Positions 8,852 to 18,252 of a stretch of DNA of 64,000 nt are shown one piece after another; within the stretch, counting starts at the first letter, position 1; every line of letters starts with the position of its first letter. A program made the translations under genes and the position numbers. Origin of the DNA: Candidatus Omnitrophota bacterium (lineage in GTDB: Bacteria > Omnitrophota > Gorgyraeia > Gygaellales > Profunditerraquicolaceae); the NCBI GenBank assembly GCA_016208765.1, contig JACQXK010000032.1, positions 118,385-182,384 of the forward strand, given 5' to 3'. The notes below the pieces were generated by a model. The model was not told where the DNA came from. It saw only the letters and a program-made list of their open reading frames with translations, and ran no database searches.

Positions 8852-9769
8852 CTAAATGACTTCTAACATCCTGTCTATTGCCTTTTTTGCACGCTGGCGT
8901 ATTTCATCAGAGACCCTGACTTCTTCTTTCAATTCTTCCAGCGCCCAAAGTATCTTTTCCTGTGTGGTCCGCTTCATGTTAGGGCAGGCCGCCCTTTCAG
9001 AAGCAGGATAAAATTCTTTTGCAGGGTTATCTTTTTTAAGCCTGTAGATCAGGCCAACCTCTGTACCGATGATCATTTCTTTTGCCTCAGTTTCCTTGGC
9101 ATATTTAGACATCTGGCTTGTAGATAATACTGCGTCTGCCATGGATACAACAGCAGGCAGGCACTCCGGATGTACAATCACCTTGGCAAAAGGATGGAAT
9201 TTTCTTTCTCTTTTAATATCTTCAGGTAAAATCTTGATATGAGTCGGGCAAAAACCGTTCCAGCTGATCAGCTTACGGCCGGTATTCTTAGAGACATAAT
9301 CCGCCAGATATTTATCCGGAACAAAAATAATCTCCTCATAATCGCGCAAGGCATTTACTACCGCAATGGCATTGGTAGAAGTGCAGCAATAATCTAATTC
9401 CGCTTTTACCTCTGCCGATGTATTCACATAACCAACAGCCACAGCCTTGGGATGCTCTTCTTTTAGTTTTCTTAATTCCTGCGCAGTGATCATATTTGCC
9501 ATCGGACAGGCAGCATGAACATCAGGCATGATCACCAACTTGTCCGGAGAAAGGATGGAAGCAGTCTCAGCCATAAAATGCACGCCGCAAAAAACAATCA
9601 CCTTGGCATTGGTAGTAGCTGCAATACGGCTCAATTCCAGGGAATCCCCGCGGTAATCTGCCACATCCTGCACCTCGGGAAGCTGATAATTATGCGCCAG
9701 GATTATGGCGTTACGTTTTTTCTTCAGCTCTTTAATTTTTGTTTCTACTTCTGAAATTTCTTTTTTCAT
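8852..9769 (-). CDS. nadA: quinolinate synthase
   Basis: 305 aa with NadA hallmarks (ILAHNYQ, VHFMAETA, HPEC..., Cys ligands). Confidence 0.85.
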   Translation of the reverse strand: MKKEISEVETKIKELKKKRNAIILAHNYQLPEVQDVADYRGDSLELSRIAATTNAKVIVFCGVHFMAETASILSPDKLVIMPDVHAACPMANMITAQELRKLKEEHPKAVAVGYVNTSAEVKAELDYCCTSTNAIAVVNALRDYEEIIFVPDKYLADYVSKNTGRKLISWNGFCPTHIKILPEDIKRERKFHPFAKVIVHPECLPAVVSMADAVLSTSQMSKYAKETEAKEMIIGTEVGLIYRLKKDNPAKEFYPASERAACPNMKRTTQEKILWALEELKEEVRVSDEIRQRAKKAIDRMLEVI

Positions 9770-9773
9770 TGCC

Positions 9774-10841
9774 TTAACTTATTACCCTTTCAATAAAACC
9801 TCCCCCCACAACAGTATCTTTATCATAAAATACAGCTGACTGCCCGGGGGTAATGGCAAATTGCGCTTTACGAAAAACTACTTTGCATCTTCCTCTTAAA
9901 GGCAGGATGTCTGCCAAAGCTTCTTTGTGATTATACCTTATCCGCACTTTAAGAGCAACTTTCTTTTTTATCGGCCCTAAGATAAAATGCGCCTTTTTGA
10001 TTAAAAAAGATTTCTTGCAGGCTTGCTCTCTTGTGCCGACAACTAATTGGTTCTTTTTGACATCAATCCGGTTAATATACAAAGGATATCCCCTGGAAAC
10101 ACCAAGCCCCTGCCGCTGGCCAATTGTATAAAAAGCAATACCATTGTGCTGTCCCAGCACATTTGCTTTTTCATCTGTTATCAAACCTTTTTTTAGTGCC
10201 TGCGGAATATGCTTTTTAAGAAAATCACGGTAATCACTGTTTGCCAAAAAACAGATTTCCTGGCTGTCAGCTTTTTTAGCTACCGGAAGCTTAAATTTCA
10301 CAGCCAATTCCCGCACCTGTTGCTTTGTAAAGCCTGCTAAAGGAAAAATTATATTTTTGAGCTGCGCCTGAGAAAGCCGGTACAAGAAATATGATTGATC
10401 CTTGCTCAAATCCCCGGCTTTTTTTAAAAGATATTCCTGCTGTCTTGTTTTACTCCCGGATAGATGCACTATTCTTGCGTAGTGGCCGGTAGCAATCTTA
10501 TCAGCACCCAGGGCCTTAGCGTTATTTATCAAAATTCCAAATTTGATATACTGGTTACATTTTACGCAAGGATTTGGAGTTTTCCCGGAAAGGTATTCAT
10601 TCAAAAAGTCTTTAATCACAATGCCTTTAAAACTGTCTTTCAAATTTACAACATAATGTTTTATTCCTAATTTTGCGCAGACCCTCTTGGCATCTATGAT
10701 ATTTTTATTTGGCGCAGATCCTTTCCGTATCCCAAAATCCATGGTGATCCCGAATATATCAAAACCCTGTTGCTTAAGTAAACACGCTGCCACCGAGGAA
10801 TCAACCCCTCCGCTCATTGCCACTGCCACGCGTAATGCCAT
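9774..10841 (-). CDS. mnmA: tRNA-specific 2-thiouridylase
   Basis: N-terminal AMSGGVDSSVAA PP-loop, catalytic Cys region (CVKCNQYIKF) and C-terminal barrel domain. 355 aa. Confidence 0.85.
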   Translation of the reverse strand: MALRVAVAMSGGVDSSVAACLLKQQGFDIFGITMDFGIRKGSAPNKNIIDAKRVCAKLGIKHYVVNLKDSFKGIVIKDFLNEYLSGKTPNPCVKCNQYIKFGILINNAKALGADKIATGHYARIVHLSGSKTRQQEYLLKKAGDLSKDQSYFLYRLSQAQLKNIIFPLAGFTKQQVRELAVKFKLPVAKKADSQEICFLANSDYRDFLKKHIPQALKKGLITDEKANVLGQHNGIAFYTIGQRQGLGVSRGYPLYINRIDVKKNQLVVGTREQACKKSFLIKKAHFILGPIKKKVALKVRIRYNHKEALADILPLRGRCKVVFRKAQFAITPGQSAVFYDKDTVVGGGFIERVIS

Positions 10842-10845
10842 AAGC

Positions 10846-11136
10846 CTATTTCACCCTGTCAATTTTCTTTAAATTAAAATACCCTAACACCTTAACTTTT
10901 GCCGAGGACTTCTCTACCAGCCAATCATGGTATTTATTCATAAAACTGTCATGCTCGGCTTTACTTTTCCATTCATAAACAGAGGCATATTGATTCTTGA
11001 AATCATATCTCTTCACGGTATGATACGAAATAAAACCTTTCGCCTTTCGGGCATAACCTGCCCACATCTTGCTGTCCTTGCGGTATTTTCCAACTTCTTT
11101 AGGCTGGATCTCAAATAAAGCTACATGTATAAACAT
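10846..11136 (-). CDS. small alpha+beta-barrel protein, possibly ABM/antibiotic-biosynthesis-monooxygenase-like
   Basis: 96 aa with no strong motif. The fold guess rests on size and composition only. Confidence 0.3.
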   Translation of the reverse strand: MFIHVALFEIQPKEVGKYRKDSKMWAGYARKAKGFISYHTVKRYDFKNQYASVYEWKSKAEHDSFMNKYHDWLVEKSSAKVKVLGYFNLKKIDRVK

Positions 11137-11163
11137 AGATGGGCCCCTTCTTTTTTTTAACTT

Positions 11164-12954
11164 CTACCATTCAAATTTTAATCCCGATTGGATCCAGCGC
11201 CCGGGCTGCAAAACTCCGGAAATCTCAGTATATTTCGCATTGCTGAAGTTGTCAATCTTTACAAACGGCTCAAAGATATAATCCCGGTAGTGGATTTTTT
11301 TGCCTAAATATAAGTTACCCACAAAATAAGTTTCCCCATAATACCTCTGGTTATAAGATAACTGAAAATTAGCCTCCAGCCCTAAAAAACCGGAGAAAAT
11401 CTCCAAAAGATACCGGTGTTTAAGAATATCCAGTGCATATTTTGAAAGAAAACCCCCTGTATTTTTATCTGCCAACATATAGTTATATGAAAAAGCGGCT
11501 TTATCAAATGAGGCATATTTAAATTTCAAATTTGTCTTTAGCTTTGATTTAAACTCAACTCCCCAGAAATCCACCTTGCCTAAATTTGTTGCCTGCCAGG
11601 GGTCAGCTGTGGTTGCGCGCGTCCAATCAATCAAATTATGCCCTTTGCGCAAGAATCCATCAAGCCCAAGTTCAAGGATATTCTGAGCATAATCAAAGCC
11701 TATCCTAAAATTATCAGATTTCTCCGGTTTTAATTCAGGATTTCCCTTATTTGCCGCATCAGAATAATAAAGTTCCGTAAAAGTGGGTATCCTGAAGGAA
11801 TGGCCAAATGAACCGTTAACTTTTAACCGCTCTTTGATCAGATCATACCCTAAGCCTGCGCTATATGTCTCTTCGTCTCCCCATTGCTGATAATTATCAG
11901 CGCGAAAACGCAGATCCGCAGTAAACTTGTCTCCAAGCTTAGGAACTATTCCAAATGAGCCTGCCTGATGAAAACGAGAGTGTTTTCCTAAATTAGTAGA
12001 ATTAATCTGATCCTCTGCGATATTTACTCCAAAAACAAAATCTGCTAAACGCGCAGGAATTTCCAACTCTGAATCAATGCCGGAAAGATACGTTGTGTGA
12101 TAATTTACAGAAGTAGGATTATTTCTTCTTAAAATAAACTTGTCGCGGTGTTTCCTGAAAAATAAATTATCCTTAAGCTTGCCAAGGGAAAAATCTGAGG
12201 TATGCCCAAGTTTTGTAAAAACTGTTTCAGTATGCTCTTCTTCTTCCGGAAATAAATTAGAATAAAAACTATCTGCTCCAAAATCTTTCTTCTGATAACC
12301 AAACAAGGCATTGATATTTGTCTGGGCGAGGTCTTTATCTATGTAAAAAGAAGCTGTTTTATATTCAAAATCTGTGTTTGGGCGCGCAGCCTTTGCAATT
12401 TTGTGGTCAAATGAGACGCGCGTAGAAAAACTCTCCTGCGGCAGGCTTAAAGAAAATGACTGTCCGAATAAAGCATGCTCGCCGAAAAGCGTATCAATAT
12501 TTAATGATTTCTTAACAGGTTTCTTAACGATAAAATTTACGCTCCCTGCAAAGGCACCGTTTCCATAAAGAGACCCCACCCCGGTCTTATCAATTTCTAT
12601 TTTTTCCAAATCATACTGAGTAAGAGGAATATCCAAATTATGATGGCCGGTCTGAGGGTCATTAACATTTACCCCATCTATCAAGATTCCCACCTGCTCA
12701 TAGGTAGAGCCGTTTAAAGAAAGATCAGATTGAATACCAAATGGGCCGCGGTTACGTAAATCAACCCCTGCCACCCTATCAAGCACTTCAACCGGAGAAT
12801 TAACATTTTCTTTGCGTATTTGAGATCCGCTAAGGCTCTCAAAAGAATAATTAACAGGCCTGATCACAATATCATCAAGCTTGTATTTATCTTCTGCCCC
12901 CGCTAAAGAAAAGACTGCAAAGATTATTAAAATAACAGAAATAATTATTTTCAT
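11164..12954 (-). CDS. TonB-dependent outer-membrane receptor (short, BtuB-like size)
   Basis: N-terminal signal peptide; plug-domain motifs (DDIVIR...VLDRVAGV, NGS...ILIDGV), a beta-strand-rich body and an aromatic C-terminal residue (...KFEW). 596 aa. Confidence 0.8.
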   Translation of the reverse strand: MKIIISVILIIFAVFSLAGAEDKYKLDDIVIRPVNYSFESLSGSQIRKENVNSPVEVLDRVAGVDLRNRGPFGIQSDLSLNGSTYEQVGILIDGVNVNDPQTGHHNLDIPLTQYDLEKIEIDKTGVGSLYGNGAFAGSVNFIVKKPVKKSLNIDTLFGEHALFGQSFSLSLPQESFSTRVSFDHKIAKAARPNTDFEYKTASFYIDKDLAQTNINALFGYQKKDFGADSFYSNLFPEEEEHTETVFTKLGHTSDFSLGKLKDNLFFRKHRDKFILRRNNPTSVNYHTTYLSGIDSELEIPARLADFVFGVNIAEDQINSTNLGKHSRFHQAGSFGIVPKLGDKFTADLRFRADNYQQWGDEETYSAGLGYDLIKERLKVNGSFGHSFRIPTFTELYYSDAANKGNPELKPEKSDNFRIGFDYAQNILELGLDGFLRKGHNLIDWTRATTADPWQATNLGKVDFWGVEFKSKLKTNLKFKYASFDKAAFSYNYMLADKNTGGFLSKYALDILKHRYLLEIFSGFLGLEANFQLSYNQRYYGETYFVGNLYLGKKIHYRDYIFEPFVKIDNFSNAKYTEISGVLQPGRWIQSGLKFEW

Positions 12955-13033
12955 TACTTATAAACTCCGCATCTTACTTCAGATTCTTCCCCTTCGCCTT
13001 CGGCTCAGGGTCAGAATGACGCGTTCCGTAATT

Positions 13034-13078
13034 GTACAAAAAAATAAACCGGCTTTTATTATATAAAGGCCGGTTCAA
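13034..13078 (-). terminator. rho-independent terminator downstream of birA
   Basis: Minus-strand hairpin AACCGGCC-loop-GCCGGTT (forward 13049..13077) followed by a U-run (forward A-run 13036..13047), 30-60 nt after the birA stop. Confidence 0.6.
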
Positions 13079-13110
13079 CTGTCAACTAATTTTATTTTTT
13101 CAGTTTACAA

Positions 13111-14067
13111 TTACCTGCAATGCACAACATCCCCAGATAAGACCCTTTCAATTACCCCGGTGTCTCTTCTTACAAGAAGGCCCCCGTCAGTATCAATGTC
13201 AACCGCATCGCCTTCAATATGCTGCTTCTGGCAATAAACTTTTATGCGCCTTCCCAGAGTAATATTATAATGCCGCCATTTCTCAAGGATTTTCCCCCGG
13301 CCCTTATCCTGAAGAAGCAAATAATTCTCCTCCATTTTCAATAATATCTCCTGCAGTAATTTAACACGGTTAACTTCCTCTTTTTTCTCTTCCTTTAAAG
13401 AAGTTGCCTGGCTGACCAGGGCCTTTAAATCATTATTCACATTCAGCCCCAGGCCAATAACAACAAAATTAACCTTGTCAATCTCTGCATTAAGTTCCGT
13501 CAATATTCCGCCTATTTTCTTATTGCCAATTAACAAATCATTTGGCCATTTGATCTGCAGATCTAAATTACAGGCATCTTTTACTGCTTCACAGATACTT
13601 ACTGCCGCAAGAAGCGTTAGCAAAGAGGCCTGATTAGGTAAAATCTTCGGCCTTAAGATTATTGATAAATAAATCCCTTTATGTTTAGGTGAAAACCAAA
13701 TACGCCCGAGCCTGCCACGGCCCTTTGTCTGTGTCTCAGCAATAATTAATGCCCCATCAGCAGCTGATTTCATTCCTAACTCTACGGCTACATCCATTGT
13801 TGAAGAAAGCGCATCGTAATAGTATATCTTTCTTCCGAAAAATTTGGTTTTTAAGCCTGAAAGTACTTCGGCAGCAAACAAGCGGTCAGGCGCACTATCC
13901 AAACGATACCCCAAATGAGGCACGGCTACAATTTCGTAACCGGCATCACGCAACTCCTGAATATGCTTCCAAAGCGCCTGGCGAGTTATTCCAAGTTTAT
14001 GGCTCAACTGGTCCCCGGAAAAATACCCGTCTTCCTTTCTTAAGAAATCTAAGATTTTTTCCTGCAT
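13111..14067 (-). CDS. birA: bifunctional biotin operon repressor / biotin-protein ligase
   Basis: N-terminal HTH (LSHKLGITRQALWKHIQELR), central ligase motif GRGRLGRIWFSP (GRGRxGR) and a C-terminal SH3-like domain. 318 aa. Confidence 0.85.
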   Translation of the reverse strand: MQEKILDFLRKEDGYFSGDQLSHKLGITRQALWKHIQELRDAGYEIVAVPHLGYRLDSAPDRLFAAEVLSGLKTKFFGRKIYYYDALSSTMDVAVELGMKSAADGALIIAETQTKGRGRLGRIWFSPKHKGIYLSIILRPKILPNQASLLTLLAAVSICEAVKDACNLDLQIKWPNDLLIGNKKIGGILTELNAEIDKVNFVVIGLGLNVNNDLKALVSQATSLKEEKKEEVNRVKLLQEILLKMEENYLLLQDKGRGKILEKWRHYNITLGRRIKVYCQKQHIEGDAVDIDTDGGLLVRRDTGVIERVLSGDVVHCR

Positions 14068-14873
14068 AAATAATCCTTTAAGTTCTCATTTAAGCTGCCG
14101 GTACGATAACCTGCCAAATCTAAAGTTACATAATTATAGCCGGCCTCTTTTAAACCCTTAAGCACTCTTAAACGTTTACTCACTAACAGAGGAACATATT
14201 TCTTCTCCACTTCAATCCGGCATAACTCGCGATAATCCCTTACCCTTACCTGTCTAAACCCGATTTTCTTTAAAAAAGATTCTGCCTTTTGAATCCGGCT
14301 AAGCACATCAGCAGTAATTTTTATACCATAAGGCACTCTTGAAGCAAGGCAGGCCATGCTTGGCTTATCCCAAGTATCAAGTTTCATCTTTTTGCTTAAC
14401 TTACGAATATCTTTTTTAGTAAAACCAGCATCTACAAGCGGAGAAAAAACCCCTAATTCTTTTAAAGCAGTTCTCCCGGGCCTAAAGTCTTTCTCATCGG
14501 AAATATTACTGGCGTCAATAACACAACTAAGCCCATATTTACGCGCCAGACCTTTAAGCCGTAAAAACAAATCCTTCTTGCAAAAATAACAACGCTGATA
14601 AGAATTCCGCACAAATTTTTTGTTTTCTAACTCAGCTGTATTAATTATTTTATGCCTTACGCCTATTTTTCTAGCAAATTTCTTTGCAGATAATAGTTCC
14701 TCCTGCGGATATGTCTTGGAATTTGCTGTTATAGCAAGCAAGTTATTCTTTGGGAGGACCCCGGCGCAAAGGCTCAAAAGAAATGAGCTGTCCAAGCCTC
14801 CTGAAAAAGCTATCAGGCAAGAGCCGCAATCTCTAATAATTTGTTTTAATTTGTTTAATTTTCTCTCAAAGGC
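14049..14873 (-). CDS. LarE-like PP-loop ATP pyrophosphatase / sulfur transferase (TIGR00268 family)
   Basis: LIAFSGGLDSSFLL PP-loop close to the N-terminus and an ACLASR motif like the sacrificial-Cys motif of LarE. Start taken at MAFERKLNKL (ATG 14873), which abuts the upstream gene's end (14876); the track ORF starts at 14939. Confidence 0.6.
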   Translation of the reverse strand, partial: AFERKLNKLKQIIRDCGSCLIAFSGGLDSSFLLSLCAGVLPKNNLLAITANSKTYPQEELLSAKKFARKIGVRHKIINTAELENKKFVRNSYQRCYFCKKDLFLRLKGLARKYGLSCVIDASNISDEKDFRPGRTALKELGVFSPLVDAGFTKKDIRKLSKKMKLDTWDKPSMACLASRVPYGIKITADVLSRIQKAESFLKKIGFRQVRVRDYRELCRIEVEKKYVPLLVSKRLRVLKGLKEAGYNYVTLDLAGYRTGSLNENLKDYLCRKKS

Positions 14874-14875
14874 CA

Positions 14876-15283
14876 TCAAAAACGCACTTCCATCGCTCTC
14901 GTCGGGCAGATCCTTACGCACAACTCGCAGGCAATACACTTTTTATCATGGAAAATTATTTTGCGGGATTCCTGGTCAACCGTCAAAGCGCCGGCAGGAC
15001 AAATCGGAACACACACTCCGCAATGGGTGCATTTTTCTTCATTGCGAATAACATCCTGGCTCAAAGGCTGGATCTTGACACCGCAGGAGTTTAAATATTC
15101 AATCCCTTTGTCAAAATTCTCCTTTTTACCGGTAAGTTCAAGGACCATCAAGCCCTCTTCCTGCGGAGTAACAGAGGCTTTAAGGATGTTGAATTTTAAA
15201 TCAAATTCCTTGACCAGTTTATAAACAATCGGCTGATCCACCAAGCGATGAGGAAAATGTAAAACTATTCGTTTGGAAGTCAT
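14876..15283 (-). CDS. NIL-domain / 2x[4Fe-4S] ferredoxin fusion protein (homocysteine-synthesis partner, MA1822-like)
   Basis: 135 aa. The N-terminal half resembles the MetN C-terminal NIL domain. The C-terminal half has CTHCGVCVPICP and CIACELCVRICP ferredoxin motifs. It sits next to the DUF39 gene. Confidence 0.7.
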   Translation of the reverse strand: MTSKRIVLHFPHRLVDQPIVYKLVKEFDLKFNILKASVTPQEEGLMVLELTGKKENFDKGIEYLNSCGVKIQPLSQDVIRNEEKCTHCGVCVPICPAGALTVDQESRKIIFHDKKCIACELCVRICPTRAMEVRF

Positions 15284-15293
15284 ATATCTCTCC

Positions 15294-16499
15294 TTAGCTT
15301 AACGATGGATTTTGTTTTAAAGGCTTAAATGCATACCCGGATTCAGCTCCCGGGATGTTTGCCACCGGCTCGCTCAAAGTAAAATCGCCTTTTTTGATCC
15401 ATGACTTAAGTGTTTCTGCGATTTCGCGCGCTTTGGAATAACTGGATAAATTACCCGTCGGTATTTCTTTATTCTGCACAACGATCTTACCTGTCTTAAG
15501 CTGCGCATAACTCACCTGAGCAAGCGAGCCTGGAATACAATTAGGATAATTGTTGCTATAATCAATTACCTGCGTAAATATTTCCTCATCTCTTGCTGCG
15601 GCATATTTAACAACATCTTCATCTAAAACAGGTATCGGCACGCCGATCCCGACAATCATGGTTACCCCATAACCAACCATACTTGTCCCCACCAGCCACT
15701 CCGGCTTCATTTGCTTTAAATCCCCGATGACTGCCAATGTGCCTGCAGGGACCTTTGGAATGCCATTATCAGACCTTGGCACACCGGGGTTATGCTGAGT
15801 GCCGTGCCAGGCGACAAAACCAATGCCTCCTCCAAGGAATATCTTTGTTCCCACACCTATGGTTTTATAGCAGGGGTCTTTTAAAAGCGGAGAAAGCTGT
15901 CCTGCCGAGCAATAATTAGCATTGCCTAAATTCGGCTTCAATACACCCATATAGGTATAGACCATTTTATCCGACAAGTTAACAGCCACATTATAATTCT
16001 GATAGCAGTTGCGTATATTAAATAAAACTGCTTCATTTAGGTCTTTAAGATTAATTGCAGTTTCTAATTTTTTTAAAGGATAACAATCCGTGCCATAAGC
16101 CGTTGCCTCCAAAGATACATTTTTGCCTTCCAAAAGTTCATGAATAACATGCCCTCCGCCATATTTAAATTCACCCGGATAAACCTTGTTACGCGGGTCA
16201 TCGTCGGGGATAGCAGTTGCACCCAGAAAAATATCAACCGCAGCAAGCCCTGTATAGGCAGGGACATCGTTTAGCTTACACACTCCTCCGCCTAATTTAA
16301 TTCGCGGCTTGGAGTGGCCAATATTAAAATAAGCGCCTGATGAACACATCGGGCCGAAAGTGCCGGTAGTAACCACATCTACTTCCTGCGCAACCTTCTT
16401 TAAGCCTTTTTTCTCAACCAAATCAGCCACTTCCTCAGCGGTAACAACCACTGCCTCGCCCTTCCTGATCTTTTCATTGATTTCTTTTATTGTCTTCAT
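15294..16499 (-). CDS. DUF39/COG1900 family protein (sulfide-dependent homocysteine biosynthesis, MA1821-like)
   Basis: 401 aa. Length, the conserved TGTFGPMCSSGA block and pairing with a NIL-ferredoxin gene match the COG1900 homocysteine-synthesis family. Confidence 0.6.
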   Translation of the reverse strand: MKTIKEINEKIRKGEAVVVTAEEVADLVEKKGLKKVAQEVDVVTTGTFGPMCSSGAYFNIGHSKPRIKLGGGVCKLNDVPAYTGLAAVDIFLGATAIPDDDPRNKVYPGEFKYGGGHVIHELLEGKNVSLEATAYGTDCYPLKKLETAINLKDLNEAVLFNIRNCYQNYNVAVNLSDKMVYTYMGVLKPNLGNANYCSAGQLSPLLKDPCYKTIGVGTKIFLGGGIGFVAWHGTQHNPGVPRSDNGIPKVPAGTLAVIGDLKQMKPEWLVGTSMVGYGVTMIVGIGVPIPVLDEDVVKYAAARDEEIFTQVIDYSNNYPNCIPGSLAQVSYAQLKTGKIVVQNKEIPTGNLSSYSKAREIAETLKSWIKKGDFTLSEPVANIPGAESGYAFKPLKQNPSLS

Positions 16500-16510
16500 T
16501 GTGCTTGCCC

Positions 16511-16732
16511 CTAAACAGAGATAACCTCTTTTACCTCTGGAACTTCTTGTTTAAGTATTCTCTCAATCCCCATCTTTAATGTCATCTGGCTCATCGGGCA
16601 GCATCCACAAGCGCCCTTTAATTTTAATTTTACTACACCATCTGCGCTTACCTCTACTAATTCCACATTTCCACCGTCTGCCATAAGCATCGGCCTGATT
16701 TTTTCTAACGCCTTTTCTACTTTATCTTTCAT
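16511..16732 (-). CDS. NifU-like (Nfu) Fe-S cluster carrier domain protein
   Basis: 73 aa with a GACGCCPMS motif (CxxC of the NifU C-terminal domain). Confidence 0.7.
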   Translation of the reverse strand: MKDKVEKALEKIRPMLMADGGNVELVEVSADGVVKLKLKGACGCCPMSQMTLKMGIERILKQEVPEVKEVISV

Positions 16733-16745
16733 AACTCTCTCCTTG

Positions 16746-17675
16746 TTATTTATACAATATCGTGCTTAAATATCTTTCTCCTGAATCAGGCAATATTACC
16801 ACAATAAGTTTTCCTTTATTTTCTTTTCTCTGTGCTATCTTTAAAGCTGCCCAAGCCGCGGCTCCGGAAGAAATACCGCACAAAATACCTTCCTGGCGAG
16901 CAAGTTTATTAGCAACCTGAACTGCATCTTCATCTGAAACAGCAATTACCTCATCAAGAATATCCCTATTTAAAACTTCAGGTATAAAACCTGCGCCTAT
17001 TCCCTGGATCATGTGCGGCCCGGGTTTTCCTCCGGACAAAACTGCAGAAGCTAAAGGCTCAACCGCAAATACTTGAAGCTTTGGGTTCTTCTTTTTTAAC
17101 ACTTCTGCAACCCCTGTTATTGTACCGCCGGTTCCCACGCCTGCAATCAAGATGTCAATCTTTCCGTCGGTATCACGCCAAATCTCAAGGGCAGTAGTCA
17201 GGCGATGCGCCTGCGGATTAGCTGGATTCTTAAATTGCTGCGGCAGGAAACATCTTTCACTGCTCTTTGCCAACTCTTCAGCTTTTTTAACCGCTCCATT
17301 CATACCCTCTTTTCCTGGAGTAAGCACAATTTCCGCACCAAAAGCAGATAACAGCTGCCTGCGCTCAATACTCATTGTATCCGGCATAGTTAAAACCAGC
17401 TTGTAGCCTTTCACTGCGCAAACAAAAGCCAAAGCAATCCCGGTATTCCCCGAGGTTGGTTCAATGATAATGGTATCAGGAGTAATTTTGCCTTCTTTTT
17501 CAGCCTGTTCAATCATGCTTAAACCAATACGATCCTTTAACGAAGAACAAGGATTAAAAGATTCCAATTTTGCCACAATTTCAGCGCTGCATCCTTGGGC
17601 AATCTTATTAAGGCGCACTAAAGGCGTGTTTCCAATCAACTCTGTAATATCTTTTGCGATTTTCATTTTATGCAC
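16746..17675 (-). CDS. cysK: cysteine synthase (O-acetylserine sulfhydrylase)
   Basis: GNTPLVRL, the PLP-binding Lys region (SSLKDR), [12 protein letters not shown] and GTGGT motifs. 309 aa. Confidence 0.85.
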   Translation of the reverse strand: MHKMKIAKDITELIGNTPLVRLNKIAQGCSAEIVAKLESFNPCSSLKDRIGLSMIEQAEKEGKITPDTIIIEPTSGNTGIALAFVCAVKGYKLVLTMPDTMSIERRQLLSAFGAEIVLTPGKEGMNGAVKKAEELAKSSERCFLPQQFKNPANPQAHRLTTALEIWRDTDGKIDILIAGVGTGGTITGVAEVLKKKNPKLQVFAVEPLASAVLSGGKPGPHMIQGIGAGFIPEVLNRDILDEVIAVSDEDAVQVANKLARQEGILCGISSGAAAWAALKIAQRKENKGKLIVVILPDSGERYLSTILYK

Positions 17676-17678
17676 CTC

Positions 17679-18119
17679 TTAAATTTGATAAACAAAATTT
17701 CCCTGAGATTTTCTGGATTTCTTTACTAAATCTTCAAAGGTAACTTCTTCAAGAATCTTCTCAGTAGCATTTGTTATTTTCTGCCAGATATCGCGAAAAA
17801 CACATTTATCAATGTCGCGGCACCTGCGGTATTTCTTATCAACGCAGGCAATCGGCTCAACCGGCCCTGCAACAAAACGCACAACCTCTAATAACCCAAT
17901 TTTAGAAGGATGCTTGGCCAATAGATACCCTCCGACTTTACCACGCCTGCTCTCTACAAAACCTCCGCGTTTTAAATCAAGAAGTATCTGCTCCAAAAAC
18001 TTGATGGGTATGTCAGAACGTTTAGCCAGCTCATGAATAGTTACCGGCTCCTCTCCATAATGTATGGCAAGGTTCAAAATTGTCTTTAAAGAATAATCGC
18101 TTTTATAAGTTATTCTCAT
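17679..18119 (-). CDS. Rrf2-family transcriptional regulator (IscR/CymR-like), likely Fe-S liganding
   Basis: N-terminal wHTH typical of Rrf2 (YSLKTILNLA...) with three clustered Cys (CVDKKYRRCRDIDKC). It is the first gene of the cysK / NifU / DUF39 operon. Confidence 0.75.
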   Translation of the reverse strand: MRITYKSDYSLKTILNLAIHYGEEPVTIHELAKRSDIPIKFLEQILLDLKRGGFVESRRGKVGGYLLAKHPSKIGLLEVVRFVAGPVEPIACVDKKYRRCRDIDKCVFRDIWQKITNATEKILEEVTFEDLVKKSRKSQGNFVYQI

Positions 18120-18131
18120 CGTCCTTCTCTA

Positions 18132-18148
18132 TAATGTCTATTACATTA
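18132..18148. promoter_or_regulatory. 17-bp perfect palindrome (TAATGT-CTATT-ACATTA), candidate Rrf2 operator
   Basis: Seen directly in the sequence, 13-29 nt upstream of the Rrf2 ATG and just downstream of the predicted -10. Confidence 0.35.
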
Positions 18149-18152
18149 GTAG

Positions 18153-18180
18153 AGTTTACACGATAATTCAGCTTTGTCAA
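18153..18180 (-). promoter_or_regulatory. candidate sigma70 promoter of the Rrf2-cysK operon
   Basis: Minus strand TTGACA (18180..18175) - N16 - TAAACT (18158..18153). Confidence 0.35.
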
Positions 18181-18252
18181 GTATTTTGTTAGGATTTTCA
18201 AAATGCTGCACAATTGATTTTATGTATTATACTGACAGCACAAGATAATTTA

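Noticed and set aside
12129-12311. Small minus-strand ORFs nested in other frames of larger genes (12129..12311, 34617..34844, 44736..44978, 58170..58367, 16073..16267, 1235..1489)
   Set aside because: They are fully contained in alternative frames of strongly supported CDSs and have no independent signals.
12955-13033. Possible cobalamin riboswitch upstream of the BtuB-like TonB-dependent receptor
   Set aside because: Only about 80 nt are available between the receptor ATG and the birA terminator, which is too short for a roughly 200-nt cobalamin riboswitch. No B12-box-like sequence was seen.
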